64,000 nt of DNA, taken from NCBI GenBank assembly GCA_025457915.1, contig JALOTL010000017.1, positions 4,718 through 68,717 of the forward strand, given 5' to 3'. The stretch's first letter is position 1, and every line of letters begins with the position of its first letter. Shown piece by piece: positions 37,995-47,534 of the stretch. The stretch comes from Spirochaetota bacterium (GTDB lineage Bacteria; Spirochaetota; UBA4802; UBA5550). The notes beneath the pieces are model-generated. The model made no database searches, was not told where the DNA came from, and was given only the letters and a program-made list of their open reading frames with translations. The translations under genes were made by a program, and so were the position numbers.

Positions 37995-38596
37995 CTCTTC
38001 AAGTGCTCGAACACGGCCTCCGCCATCAGCCTGTATCCCTCGACGGTCGGGTGCACCAGGTCGTCCTGGACGAGGTCTTTCCAGTTAATCCCCTCGCCCG
38101 CCCTTTTCCTCCAGTACTCGTGGACCCTCGCCAGCGGGACGCCCTCCCCCTCGGAAATTTCTTCAAGCTTCGAATAAAAGGAATCCACGAGCGCGCTCTC
38201 CCTTTCACTGAAAAATATCGGGACGGACGTTATCAGCAGGATTTCGGCGCGGGTGTCGCTCCTGATCGAATCGACCATCATGCCTATGTTGCCCTTGAAC
38301 CTTTCCGCCGGGTAGCCCGTGTAGGCGTCGTTCAGGGCAAACTGTATGAAGACGAGGTCCGGGTCTTCGTCGAGGACGTCGGGCCCCAGCCTGTGGAGCC
38401 CCCCTTCCGACGTGTCACCGGGTATCCCCCTGTTAACCATATTCAGGGCCCTGTTCCCGTATCTCGCCGTTATCATTTCGGAAACGAAATCAATGTATCC
38501 CTTCCTGGCCATCCATCCCTGCGTGAGGGAATCGCCTAAAGCGACGATCTTTACCGTGTCGCCCTTTTCCAGCATGGATATGGTTCTTTTCAGCAT
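37964..38596 (-). CDS. SGNH/GDSL-family hydrolase
   Basis: The GDSL motif IVALGDSLTQGW and block V DLVHP are present. A possible later start is at 38575. The 3' end overlaps the AEC gene convergently by about 30 nt. Confidence 0.75.
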   Translation of the reverse strand: MLKRTISMLEKGDTVKIVALGDSLTQGWMARKGYIDFVSEMITARYGNRALNMVNRGIPGDTSEGGLHRLGPDVLDEDPDLVFIQFALNDAYTGYPAERFKGNIGMMVDSIRSDTRAEILLITSVPIFFSERESALVDSFYSKLEEISEGEGVPLARVHEYWRKRAGEGINWKDLVQDDLVHPTVEGYRLMAEAVFEHLKSQINRKDLSR

Positions 38597-38650
38597 GCTT
38601 TTTTGCCCTTTTGAAATTCAGGTATTTTTTATATAAACATTATTAAATAC

Positions 38651-38765
38651 TTTGTGTTATGTGCATCCAAAAAAATCAGGAGTTTTCATGATAATACTGA
38701 TCATAACTCCTGATTTTACCGGATATCCGGCACACAAGGGAACATGCTATTATAATTAATAGCTG
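38651..38765 (+). repeat. MITE-like structured intergenic repeat, copy B
   Basis: The palindrome AAAATCAGGAGTT-N20-AACTCCTGATTTT is present. CCGGATATCCGG follows, then CACAAGGGAAC-[GCTATTA TAAT TAATAGC]-GTTCCCTTAT and an A/T run. The same modules occur in copy C. Confidence 0.65.
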
Positions 38766-38900
38766 TTCCCTTATATATTATAAAAAAAGTATATATTTTT
38801 TACTTTTTTTTATTAAAAATATAATATTAATATTGATTTTAAAAAATCCTGATTTATTATCACTCTATAAGAGTTTATCAAACCATTCTGGCAGGCGCAT

Positions 38901-39410
38901 ATGAAGATTGATATTACCATACTGGGCCTTTTGATGGATGAAAACCTCTACGGTTACGAAATCAAAAAAAAGATCGTTGAAAGGCTTGAGGATTACGTGG
39001 ACATCAAGTTCGGCTCGATCTACTATGCGATCAAAAAGGCCGTCGACAACGGATGGGTAAAGCGGGTCGGCACTGAAAAGGAGAGCGGCAACCCCGAAAG
39101 ATATGTCTATGAAATACTCCCTTCCGGAAGGAAGCACTACAAGAAGCTTCTCAAGCAGTATTTCGACACGCACCTGATACACTTCGACATAGACATCGTT
39201 CTGATGTTCTACAAGTATCTGTCGGACGAACAGAGGGAGCAGTTCATAGAAGAAAGGATGTCGCTCATCAAGAACAAGCTTGATACGATAAAGAACAAGA
39301 TCGAGGAAGAGAAAAAAATCCCCGAGGAAAAATCGAACTCCAGGATCTTTTCCTATCTGGAACAGCACCTCAGGGCCGAGATGTCCTGGCTGAAATCCCT
39401 TAACCAGTGA
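38901..39410 (+). CDS. PadR-family transcriptional regulator (with a C-terminal coiled extension)
   Basis: ILGLLMDENLYGYEIKKKI...GSIYYAIKKAVDNGWV is the PadR winged-helix signature, and the length is 169 aa. Confidence 0.7.
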   Translation: MKIDITILGLLMDENLYGYEIKKKIVERLEDYVDIKFGSIYYAIKKAVDNGWVKRVGTEKESGNPERYVYEILPSGRKHYKKLLKQYFDTHLIHFDIDIVLMFYKYLSDEQREQFIEERMSLIKNKLDTIKNKIEEEKKIPEEKSNSRIFSYLEQHLRAEMSWLKSLNQ

Positions 39411-39413
39411 GGA

Positions 39414-40472
39414 TCAGAATCCCTGCAGGAGGTCCTTTATAAATTCGCTGTCCTTGCCCTTGCAGGCGTCCTCCACCGCCATCTGAAGGGTCTTGAGGTC
39501 CTTCAAGGCCCTCTGCGATTGGGGGGCTTTCTTCTCCCCCGAAATCTCCTCTGTGACCGAACGGTCGATGATCGATTTGTTGATGCTCTCTATCTTCACC
39601 AGGTTGTAGTAATGCCTTTTCGCGAGCGACATGGCTATCCCGCTCATCATGTCGCTGCTTTTCACGGCCCCGTCTGAAAGATCGGCCTTCCCGATCTTCG
39701 CGACGGTGACGTTGTTCCTCGCGATAAGCGTCGCTGACCTTTTCTCGCCGAGCAGGAGCGCCATTTCCCCGATAACCGTGCCTGGCTCCTCGATCCCCGC
39801 GACCCTGTTGCCGCGGATGTGCACGTCGATGGCCCCGTTCTTGAGGATGAACATCTCGCCGCCCATCGTGTCCTCCTCGCAGATCACGTCTCCCCTCTGG
39901 TATTCCACTTCCTTCCCTGAAACCGAGACGCCGGCGTCGAGGCGCACGGGCTCGGCCGACTTGAAATACGCCTCGCCCTTCTTGTACGTCAGGCTGGTTT
40001 CATGGTCCTTTATGAGGTTTTTCAGCCATGGAAATTTCCTCTTGTCGTATTCCTTCTGGAGCCTGTCCACTATCCTGTAAAACTCGACCGCGTATTCCTT
40101 CAGTTTGTTTTCATCGCCGGATATCAGCTGGATGTTTTTTTTGATGATGTTGTTCGTAAGCTGCACCTGCTTCGCGAGCACCATGGAGACGTTCAGCGCG
40201 AAGGAAAACGTCCTCATCCCCTCCCTGAACTTGTCGATTCCAATCTTCTTGAGGCTCGCCCCGGCTCCGGCCACCGCGGTCTCCACCCTGTCGATTTCGG
40301 TGTTCAGGAAATGCCTCATTAGGACCTCGGTCGCGCCGAGGATAAGGCTCTTGCCGGTGATTGCGTACTTGTCCGTGTTGGAAACGTAGAAATAGACCGA
40401 GCCCTCTCCCAGAAGGAAGACGGAATCCGGTTTCGCGGCCGTGTTATAGAGTTTTATATAGTTTTCGCTCAT
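39414..40472 (-). CDS. Cyclic-nucleotide-binding domain protein
   Basis: The C-terminal half has cNMP-binding signatures GEMFILKNGAIDV...GEMALLLGEKRSATLIA. The N-terminal 170 aa are of unknown function. Confidence 0.65.
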   Translation of the reverse strand: MSENYIKLYNTAAKPDSVFLLGEGSVYFYVSNTDKYAITGKSLILGATEVLMRHFLNTEIDRVETAVAGAGASLKKIGIDKFREGMRTFSFALNVSMVLAKQVQLTNNIIKKNIQLISGDENKLKEYAVEFYRIVDRLQKEYDKRKFPWLKNLIKDHETSLTYKKGEAYFKSAEPVRLDAGVSVSGKEVEYQRGDVICEEDTMGGEMFILKNGAIDVHIRGNRVAGIEEPGTVIGEMALLLGEKRSATLIARNNVTVAKIGKADLSDGAVKSSDMMSGIAMSLAKRHYYNLVKIESINKSIIDRSVTEEISGEKKAPQSQRALKDLKTLQMAVEDACKGKDSEFIKDLLQGF

Positions 40473-40499
40473 CTGGGGGATCGCGATACCGTCCCGGAA

Positions 40500-40859
40500 T
40501 CAGGTCAGCATCTTGTTAATTTTATCGAGCAGATGTTTTTTTTCGAACGGCTTTGTCACGAATGCCTGGGCTTTTATTTCAAGGTCATTCATCTTGATGG
40601 TCTTTTCATTGAGGGCGGAAACGACCACGATCCTGGCCTTCGGATCGAAATCCTTTATCTCTTTTACGGCCTTTAGCCCGTCCTTACCGCCCATGGTGAT
40701 GTCCATCGTGACAAAATCCGGCTTGAGCTCCTTGTACGATTCGATCCCGTCGGTGCCAGATTCGGCCTCGGCCACGATTTCATGGCCCCCGCTTTCAAGG
40801 GTTTCCCTGATGATTTTTCTCATGAATTTAGAATCGTCGACAATGAGTCCGCGAGCCAT
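40500..40859 (-). CDS. CheY-like single-domain response regulator
   Basis: MARGLIVDDSKFMRKII...DFVTMDITM...KPF are the REC domain signatures. The start at 40859 follows an RBS AAGGGTGA. The ORF track GTG start is at 40868. Confidence 0.8.
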   Translation of the reverse strand: MARGLIVDDSKFMRKIIRETLESGGHEIVAEAESGTDGIESYKELKPDFVTMDITMGGKDGLKAVKEIKDFDPKARIVVVSALNEKTIKMNDLEIKAQAFVTKPFEKKHLLDKINKMLT

Positions 40860-40922
40860 TAATTTCACCCTTTTTATTTTTAAACATGGTAACAGATTCA
40901 GTTTGACATATCAACCATTTTT

Positions 40923-41098
40923 ATTATGGGTATCTCTAAAAAATCAGGAGTTTCCCTGATATTATCAATCAAAACTCCTGATTTTATCAGATATAAATCC
41001 CACAAGGGAACATCGGGCAGCAGTAGTTTGCGGATGCCGATTTAATATGGATGTTTAATAAAATTCGGCAAAAATACAATTTATAAAGGTTCCCTTAT
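40923..41098 (+). repeat. MITE-like structured intergenic repeat, copy C
   Basis: The left end is ATTATGGGTATCTCTAAAAAATCAGGAG. It then has AAAATCAGGAGTTT-N18-AAACTCCTGATTTT, CCCACAAGGGAAC, a 75-nt spacer and GGTTCCCTTAT followed by a T-run. Confidence 0.7.
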
Positions 41099-41121
41099 TT
41101 TTTTTCCCATATCATGAAGCA

Positions 41122-41862
41122 TTGAAAAACGGCATGGCTGAAAAAAGCGATTTATCATTCATAGACAGGATACGGAAAAGCGTTGGAAGGGCTGTAAACC
41201 GGTACGGCCTGATCGGCGCCGGCGACAGGATCGCCGTGGCAATTTCCGGCGGAAAGGATTCCCTCGTCATGCTCGAGGCGCTGGCGCTCAGGAAAAAACA
41301 CATACCCATTCATTACGACCTTTTCGCAATCCACGTTAAAATCGACAGCGTGCCGTACGAGATAGACAGGGCATATTACGAAAAATTCTGCTCGGACCTG
41401 GGAATCCCGTTCCATTTCCGGACGGTCTCCCTCGGCCTTGATGATCCGAAAAAATCGGTTTGCTTCCTCTGTTCCTGGACGAGGAGGAGGGAGCTGTTCA
41501 CCGTTTCTTCAGAGCTCGGCTGCAACAGGCTCGCCCTCGGCCATCACATGGACGACGCGGTCGAGACCCTTTTAATGAACATGACCTTTAACGGGGCCAT
41601 AAGCTCCATGCCCGCGAGGCTCTCCATGTTCGACGGCGAGATAGACATCATCAGGCCGCTCATCCTGCTGACCGACAGGGAGCTCCTCAGGTACTCCGGG
41701 ATACGCCGTTTTCCCGAACAGAAGGCGGTCTGCCCTTACGGAAAAAACAACAAACGGGCTGACATAAAAAACATCGTCTCCGAATTACAGAAGCTCAACA
41801 GGAAGGCCAAAAAAAACATGTTCGCATCCATGTCAAACATACACAAGGACTACCTGCCATGA
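41122..41862 (+). CDS. PP-loop ATPase of the TtcA/TilS tRNA-modification family
   Basis: The PP-loop SGGKDS is present with Cys motifs CFLCS and CPYG, and the length is 246 aa. Confidence 0.7.
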   Translation: MKNGMAEKSDLSFIDRIRKSVGRAVNRYGLIGAGDRIAVAISGGKDSLVMLEALALRKKHIPIHYDLFAIHVKIDSVPYEIDRAYYEKFCSDLGIPFHFRTVSLGLDDPKKSVCFLCSWTRRRELFTVSSELGCNRLALGHHMDDAVETLLMNMTFNGAISSMPARLSMFDGEIDIIRPLILLTDRELLRYSGIRRFPEQKAVCPYGKNNKRADIKNIVSELQKLNRKAKKNMFASMSNIHKDYLP

Positions 41863-42548
41863 CGAAAGAAACGCGTTCCGTTCAGCCCGGTGGCGAATAC
41901 CTCGCGAGCTCATTCATCATGGACTTCGACGATCCAGTAGTTTCCGGGTACGCTTCCGCAGCGTGCGAAGGTGCCGCGGGCCAGGTTGAAAAGGCCGTCA
42001 GGCTCTACTACGCGGTCCGCGACCCCGTCATATACGATCCGTACACGCCCTTCTACAGGCCGGAACACTACCGCGCCAGCCTCACGCTGAAAAAAGGAAG
42101 GGGGTTCTGCGTCACAAAGGCGGCCCTCCTGTGCGCCCTGGGCAGGGCGGCAGGGATACCTTCGCGCGTGGGCTTCGCGACCGTGAAGAACCACTTCACC
42201 TCGTCAAGGCTCAGGGATCTGCTGGGATCGGACCTTTTCGCGTACCACGGGTTCACTGAATTTTTCCTGGAGGGCATATGGGTGAAGGCGACCCCCGCGT
42301 TCAATTCCGCTCTCTGCGAAAAATTCGGGGCGGGCCCTCTTGAATTCGACGGGAGGGGGGATTCGATCTTCCAGGAATACGCTTCCGGGGGAAAAAAATT
42401 CATGGAATACGTGGAATACCACGGCTCATTCGCGGACGTTCCGGTGGATATAATCGTAGAGGCGTGGAAAAAAACTTACGGAAGCGGCCGCATCGACGCA
42501 TGGATAAAACATCTGGAATCCGGCGCCGGGGCAGGCGAAGAATTTTAA
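41859..42548 (+). CDS. Transglutaminase-like superfamily protein
   Basis: GFCVTKAALLCALGRAAGIPSR is the transglutaminase-core Cys motif. It overlaps the upstream gene by 4 nt. Confidence 0.6.
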   Translation: MTKETRSVQPGGEYLASSFIMDFDDPVVSGYASAACEGAAGQVEKAVRLYYAVRDPVIYDPYTPFYRPEHYRASLTLKKGRGFCVTKAALLCALGRAAGIPSRVGFATVKNHFTSSRLRDLLGSDLFAYHGFTEFFLEGIWVKATPAFNSALCEKFGAGPLEFDGRGDSIFQEYASGGKKFMEYVEYHGSFADVPVDIIVEAWKKTYGSGRIDAWIKHLESGAGAGEEF

Positions 42549-42579
42549 GAAAATGCCGCTCCGGGCGGCCTGACCCGCA

Positions 42580-44820
42580 TCAGTCTGCCACCGTCACCCT
42601 GACGTCGCCGTCAACGATGTCGGCCGTCGCCTTACCGCCGCCGCTCAGCCTGCCGAACAGCACCTCATCCACGAAAAAATTCCTGATTTTTTCCTGTATC
42701 AGCCTGGCGATCTCCCTGGCGCCGAACTCGGGCGAATATCCCTTCTCGGCGAGCCATCTGCAGCAGCCGTCCGTAACCTCAAGGGTGATGTTTTTCGCCG
42801 CCAGCAGCGCCCGGAACTCGTCCATGTTCTTCCTGACGATCTGAAGAACTATGTCCCCGTCAAGGTGCCTGAATGACACGATGGAGTCCAGCCTGTTCCT
42901 GAATTCGGGCGAAAAAATCCTGTCGACCGCGCTGGTGACCGCGTCCTCCCTGACGATCCTTTCCTCGAAGCCCATCTGCTTCTTCCCTATCTCCCTCGCT
43001 CCGGCGTTTGAGGTCATGATGAGTATGACGTTGCGGAAGTCGGCCTTCTTGCCGTTGTTGTCCGTAAGGGTGGCGTAATCCATAACTTGAAGAAGCGCGT
43101 TAAAAATGTCCTGGTGCGCCTTTTCTATCTCGTCGAGAAGGAGGACCGAGTAAGGGGTTTTCCTGATTTCCTCCGTCAGAAGGCCGCCTTCCTCGTAGCC
43201 GACGTATCCCGGGGGGGCCCCGACCAGCCTGGAGACAGTGTGCTTTTCCTGGTATTCGCTCATGTCGAACCTTATGAGCTTCACGCCGAGCACCAGTGCG
43301 AGCTGTCGCGCCAGCTCGGTCTTGCCTACGCCGGTCGGCCCGACGAAAAGAAACGTCGCCACGGGCTTGTCCGGGTTGCCGAAACCCGCCCTGCTCCTTT
43401 TAATCGCGCCGGACACGAGATCTATGGCCTGGTCCTGTCCGAATATCACGGCCTTGAGCTCGGCTGATATGTCCTTGAGCTTCGACATCTCGGACGAGGA
43501 AACGCTCTTCTCGGGGATCCTGGCCATCTTTGCGACCACCGCCTCTATCTCCCTCTCGGTGATGGTGATGACAGATTCATCGCCGTCCCTTGTTATCCTT
43601 GCGTAGGCACCGGCCTCGTCGATCACGTCTATCGCCTTGTCAGGGAGGTGCCTGTCGTTTATGTATTTTGCCGACAGCTCCGCCGCGGACTTGAGCGCCT
43701 CCGCGGTGTAGCTTATGTTGTGGTGGGTTTCATACTTGTCCTTGAGGCCCTCGAGTATCCTGACGGTCTCGTCCGTGTTCGGCTCCTGGATCTCGATCTT
43801 CTGGAACCTTCTCGACAGCGCCCTGTCCTTGTCGAAGTATTTCTTGTATTCCTCGTAAGTCGTGGACCCTATGCACTTCAGGCCGGCGGAGGTGAGGGCC
43901 GGTTTTAGCATGTTCGACGCGTCCATCGATCCGCCGGATACGGCCCCCGCGCCCACCACGTTGTGTATCTCGTCTATGAACAGTATGACGTTTTCCATCT
44001 TCTGGAGCTCGCCCAGGACCCTCTTCATCCTCTCCTCGAAGTCGCCCCTGAACCTGGTGCCCGCCAGCATCGCCCCCATGTCGAGGGAGTATATCTTGAC
44101 GTCCCTGAGGGGTTTGGGCACCTTCCCCTCGGCGATGAGCTGGGCCAGCCCCTCGGTTATCGCGGTCTTGCCTACTCCCGGGTCGCCGACGTGGATCGGG
44201 TTGTTCTTTATCCTCCTGCAGAGGACCTGGATGGTCCTTTCCAGTATGTCCTCCCTTCCTATGAGGGGGTCGAGTTTTCCGGACCTTGCCTTTTCCACGA
44301 GTTCGGTCGTGAATGATTCCAGTATCTTCGCGCCCTTTTCCTTTTTCTCTTCGCCTTCGATTTCCCCTTCGGGGACCTGGCCGCCGTCCGGATACTGGGG
44401 GACGCCGTGCGATATGTAATCAAGAAGGGTGAGCTTCGTTATCCCCTCGTTCTGCAAAAAGTACGCAGCGAAGGACTCCTTCTCGTCGAAAATCGCCGCC
44501 ATCACGTCGCCCAGCTCGAGCTCGTTCTTCTGCGCGGTCGTGGTGTGCCATATGGCCCTCTCCATGACGCTCCTGAATCCCTCGGACTGGACCGGCTCTT
44601 CGTTTTCATCAAGGGCCGGGACCTTCGTGCTGAAAAAATCCTCGATGGTCCGCTTGAGGCTGGAGACGTCGCCCCCGCTGCCCTCGATTATGCTTTTCCC
44701 GGAATCATAGTACAGTGAGGCGTACAGTATGTGCTCCGGCAGGAGAAACTCGTGTTTCCTGTTGTGGGCCTCGCTGAAAGCCGACATTAAAATGCTGTTA
44801 AGCTCGCTGTTTATTTCCAT
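42580..44820 (-). CDS. clpA: ATP-dependent Clp protease ATP-binding subunit ClpA
   Basis: There are two AAA+ modules (GDPGVGKTAI, GPTGVGKTELARQLA), an N-terminal Clp_N repeat and a sensor-2 region, and the length is 746 aa. Confidence 0.95.
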   Translation of the reverse strand: MEINSELNSILMSAFSEAHNRKHEFLLPEHILYASLYYDSGKSIIEGSGGDVSSLKRTIEDFFSTKVPALDENEEPVQSEGFRSVMERAIWHTTTAQKNELELGDVMAAIFDEKESFAAYFLQNEGITKLTLLDYISHGVPQYPDGGQVPEGEIEGEEKKEKGAKILESFTTELVEKARSGKLDPLIGREDILERTIQVLCRRIKNNPIHVGDPGVGKTAITEGLAQLIAEGKVPKPLRDVKIYSLDMGAMLAGTRFRGDFEERMKRVLGELQKMENVILFIDEIHNVVGAGAVSGGSMDASNMLKPALTSAGLKCIGSTTYEEYKKYFDKDRALSRRFQKIEIQEPNTDETVRILEGLKDKYETHHNISYTAEALKSAAELSAKYINDRHLPDKAIDVIDEAGAYARITRDGDESVITITEREIEAVVAKMARIPEKSVSSSEMSKLKDISAELKAVIFGQDQAIDLVSGAIKRSRAGFGNPDKPVATFLFVGPTGVGKTELARQLALVLGVKLIRFDMSEYQEKHTVSRLVGAPPGYVGYEEGGLLTEEIRKTPYSVLLLDEIEKAHQDIFNALLQVMDYATLTDNNGKKADFRNVILIMTSNAGAREIGKKQMGFEERIVREDAVTSAVDRIFSPEFRNRLDSIVSFRHLDGDIVLQIVRKNMDEFRALLAAKNITLEVTDGCCRWLAEKGYSPEFGAREIARLIQEKIRNFFVDEVLFGRLSGGGKATADIVDGDVRVTVAD

Positions 44821-44832
44821 TTATATGAATCC

Positions 44833-45156
44833 TCATGCTTCTTCGTATGAACACTTCAGGGGAAACTCCCTCGACCTGGCCAGTTCGTGGACCTGGTTTA
44901 CCTTCGTCACGGCTATATCGTAGGTGTAGACCCCGCAGACGCCCGCGCCCTTTTTATGGACGTCGAGCATTATCTTCGTCGCCCTGGCCGCGGGCATCCG
45001 GAATATCTGCACCAGTACCTCCACGACGAAATCCATAGTCGTGTAGTGGTCGTTGTGCAGGATAACCCTGAACATCTTCGGCTCGTCGAGCTTTTTTTCG
45101 GTGCGGACGTCAAAGTCGCTTCCGAACTCATTTCCGCCGTCGCGGCCCACGGGCAT
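44833..45156 (-). CDS. clpS: ATP-dependent Clp protease adaptor ClpS
   Basis: MFRVILHNDHYTTMDFVVEVLVQIF is the ClpS core. It lies 13 nt upstream of clpA. Confidence 0.85.
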   Translation of the reverse strand: MPVGRDGGNEFGSDFDVRTEKKLDEPKMFRVILHNDHYTTMDFVVEVLVQIFRMPAARATKIMLDVHKKGAGVCGVYTYDIAVTKVNQVHELARSREFPLKCSYEEA

Positions 45157-45325
45157 TTCACGGCCTCCTGCAGTCTTTTATACTTCCGGATCCGGAACCG
45201 GAATGTCCTTATTAATATTAATCATAACCGCCGGTTTTATCAACTACTCCGGACCGGTTTCTCCTTCCGCCTCTTCCAGGTGCAGAATATTCAACCGGCC
45301 GGCCTTCATCAATGATTTTTTATCA

Positions 45326-45943
45326 TCACGAGAGGGTATGAATGTACGCGGTTATCCCGTCAAGTATCATCTGCACCCCGATGCTCGCGACCAGGAGGCC
45401 CGTTATTCTTATCAGGGCGCTCATGAAGTGGTGCCTGTCAAGGGCCCTCCCTATGCGGCTGGAAGCGATCATCAAAACCAGGTTTATCAGTATGGAAATC
45501 ACTATCGCCAGCAGCGTGACCGCCAGGCCGTATCTGAATGGAAACGTGACCGATGCCGTGATGGCCGCAGGTCCGGCGATGAGGGGCGACGCGAGGGGGA
45601 CCACGGAAATGTCGTCGAGTTTCTGCCCGTGGTCCATCTCGAAAAAAAGCCCCTTTTCAACGGCCTGGTACCCCCTGAAAAAAAGTATAGCCCCGCCGCA
45701 GATCTGGAACGCGTGTATCTGGATATGGAAGAGCTGCGTCAGAAGGGCGTTCCCCGCAAGGGCGAAGGCGACCAGTATGAATACAGCCACGAGGGACGCC
45801 TTGACCGACACCCGTCCGAGGTCCCTGAAGCCGCCCTCGGACGACATGGCCCCGAGCACGACGATCTTGCTCACGGGATTGATGAAAGCGAGAAAGGCGA
45901 TCACGCAGTCCGCCAGCCTTCCGGCGTCAGACAGATCGAACAT
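45326..45943 (-). CDS. MarC/UPF0056-family integral membrane protein
   Basis: It is 206 aa and multi-TM. The start at 45943 follows an RBS GGAGG. It overlaps the end of bpt by 17 nt. Confidence 0.65.
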   Translation of the reverse strand: MFDLSDAGRLADCVIAFLAFINPVSKIVVLGAMSSEGGFRDLGRVSVKASLVAVFILVAFALAGNALLTQLFHIQIHAFQICGGAILFFRGYQAVEKGLFFEMDHGQKLDDISVVPLASPLIAGPAAITASVTFPFRYGLAVTLLAIVISILINLVLMIASSRIGRALDRHHFMSALIRITGLLVASIGVQMILDGITAYIHTLS

Positions 45944-46625
45944 CAATCCACCTCCCTTCTTCCCAGTCGTATTTTTCATTGGGGCGGAACCCGTTCTTGT
46001 ATGACATCCTTCCGCACTCTTCAATATAGTATCCCAGGTAATAATAGTCAAGCCCGAGGGACGCCGCGTGCTCGATTTCCCTAATCACGCTGAACGTGCC
46101 GAGCCTTAGGCCCGCGACCGAGGTCTTGAACACGAAGTACACCGAGCTGAGGGAACGGCTCGACATGTCCAGGAATCCGCACCCCACAAGCTCTCCCGCG
46201 AGATAGTATTCCGACTGCAGGCTCGGGCATGAACGCGCGTAGAAGGTGGAGATGAAATCGGCCTTTTCGGAGCATTTCCCGAACCTGTTCATTGAATGGT
46301 CGCGGTACACCTCGTATACCTCGTCCCTGTAATCGAGCGGGCCGAACCTGACCTCGACCTCCCCGGCCTTCCTCGCGATCCTCCTCTGGCCCTTGGCCGG
46401 GACGAATTCCTTCACGGGGACCCTGATCGGGACGCAGGAGCTGCAGCCGTCGCAGCTGGGGGCGAAGTAATATATGCCGAACTTCCTCCAGCCCCTTTCC
46501 AGCAGGAATTCGAGCTCCCCGGCGCTTACTTCCTCGGCGAAAAAGTACTCAAAGCGCCACATCCTCTCCGGGATGTATTCGCAGGGCCTTTCCATGCTGA
46601 CGAGCGGTTTCTGAAGAAGAATCAT
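45927..46625 (-). CDS. bpt: Arginyl/leucyl-tRNA--protein transferase Bpt (ATE family)
   Basis: The ATE_N Cys cluster FAPSCDGCSSCVPIRVPV is followed by an ATE_C domain, and the length is 232 aa. Confidence 0.75.
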   Translation of the reverse strand: MILLQKPLVSMERPCEYIPERMWRFEYFFAEEVSAGELEFLLERGWRKFGIYYFAPSCDGCSSCVPIRVPVKEFVPAKGQRRIARKAGEVEVRFGPLDYRDEVYEVYRDHSMNRFGKCSEKADFISTFYARSCPSLQSEYYLAGELVGCGFLDMSSRSLSSVYFVFKTSVAGLRLGTFSVIREIEHAASLGLDYYYLGYYIEECGRMSYKNGFRPNEKYDWEEGRWIDVRSV

Positions 46626-46784
46626 TTGCGGACCGATATTTTTATTTACAAAACCCGAAAGGGTATACTATAATGCGCCATCATATCAACGTCCTTTTTT
46701 TAACGGCGGAATCCCGGGGCCGGCCGCCCGGAATCTAAAAAAATAATATACCGTGGCGCCATTTTCAAGGATTAAAAAAAAGCA

Positions 46785-47534
46785 GTGGAAAAAATTGTAA
46801 TCGACAACCTGAGGAAGTCCTTCGGCGATAAAACGGTCCTGGACGGAATCAACCTGACCGTGAACGACGGCGAGATCCTCTGTATTATCGGCATAAGCGG
46901 CGTGGGGAAATCGGTCATACTGAAAAACCTGATCGGCATACTGGAGCCCGATTCCGGCGGCATCTACGTGGACGGCGACTGCTACACGGACGCGGGGGAA
47001 GAGGCAAAAAGAAAAATCCTCGCGAAATACGGGATACTCTTCCAGGGCGCGGCCCTTTTCGATTCCATGAACATCTATGACAACGTTGCCTTCGGGCTCA
47101 GGAGAACCGGCGTGGGCGAGGACGAAATCAAAACAATAGTCCCGGACATGCTGGAGCATGTGGGACTGAAAAACGTCGAGGAGAAAAGGCCCTCCGAGAT
47201 CTCCGGGGGCATGCAGAAAAGGGTCGGCCTCGCCAGGTCCATAGCGGTAAAGCCGGAAATAATGCTGTATGACGAACCGACTACCGGGGTCGACCCGATC
47301 ACCGGCGGGGCCGTGGACAGGCTGATCATGAAAATGCGGGAGGATTACGGGATAACATCCATCGTCGTCACGCATGACATGAAATCGGCGGTCAGGATCG
47401 CCGACAGGATAGCAATGATAAACAAAGGAAAAATCATTTTCGACGCAGGCCCGGAGGAATTCAGCCGCACCGACAATCCTTACGTGAGGCAGTTCGTCGA
47501 GGGAAGGGCTCATGGTCCGATCGCGGTTATTTGA
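46785..47534 (+). CDS. ABC transporter ATP-binding protein (MlaF-like)
   Basis: The Walker A GISGVGKS, the signature SGGMQKRVGLAR and the Walker B MLYDEPTTGVD are present. Confidence 0.85.
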   Translation: MEKIVIDNLRKSFGDKTVLDGINLTVNDGEILCIIGISGVGKSVILKNLIGILEPDSGGIYVDGDCYTDAGEEAKRKILAKYGILFQGAALFDSMNIYDNVAFGLRRTGVGEDEIKTIVPDMLEHVGLKNVEEKRPSEISGGMQKRVGLARSIAVKPEIMLYDEPTTGVDPITGGAVDRLIMKMREDYGITSIVVTHDMKSAVRIADRIAMINKGKIIFDAGPEEFSRTDNPYVRQFVEGRAHGPIAVI

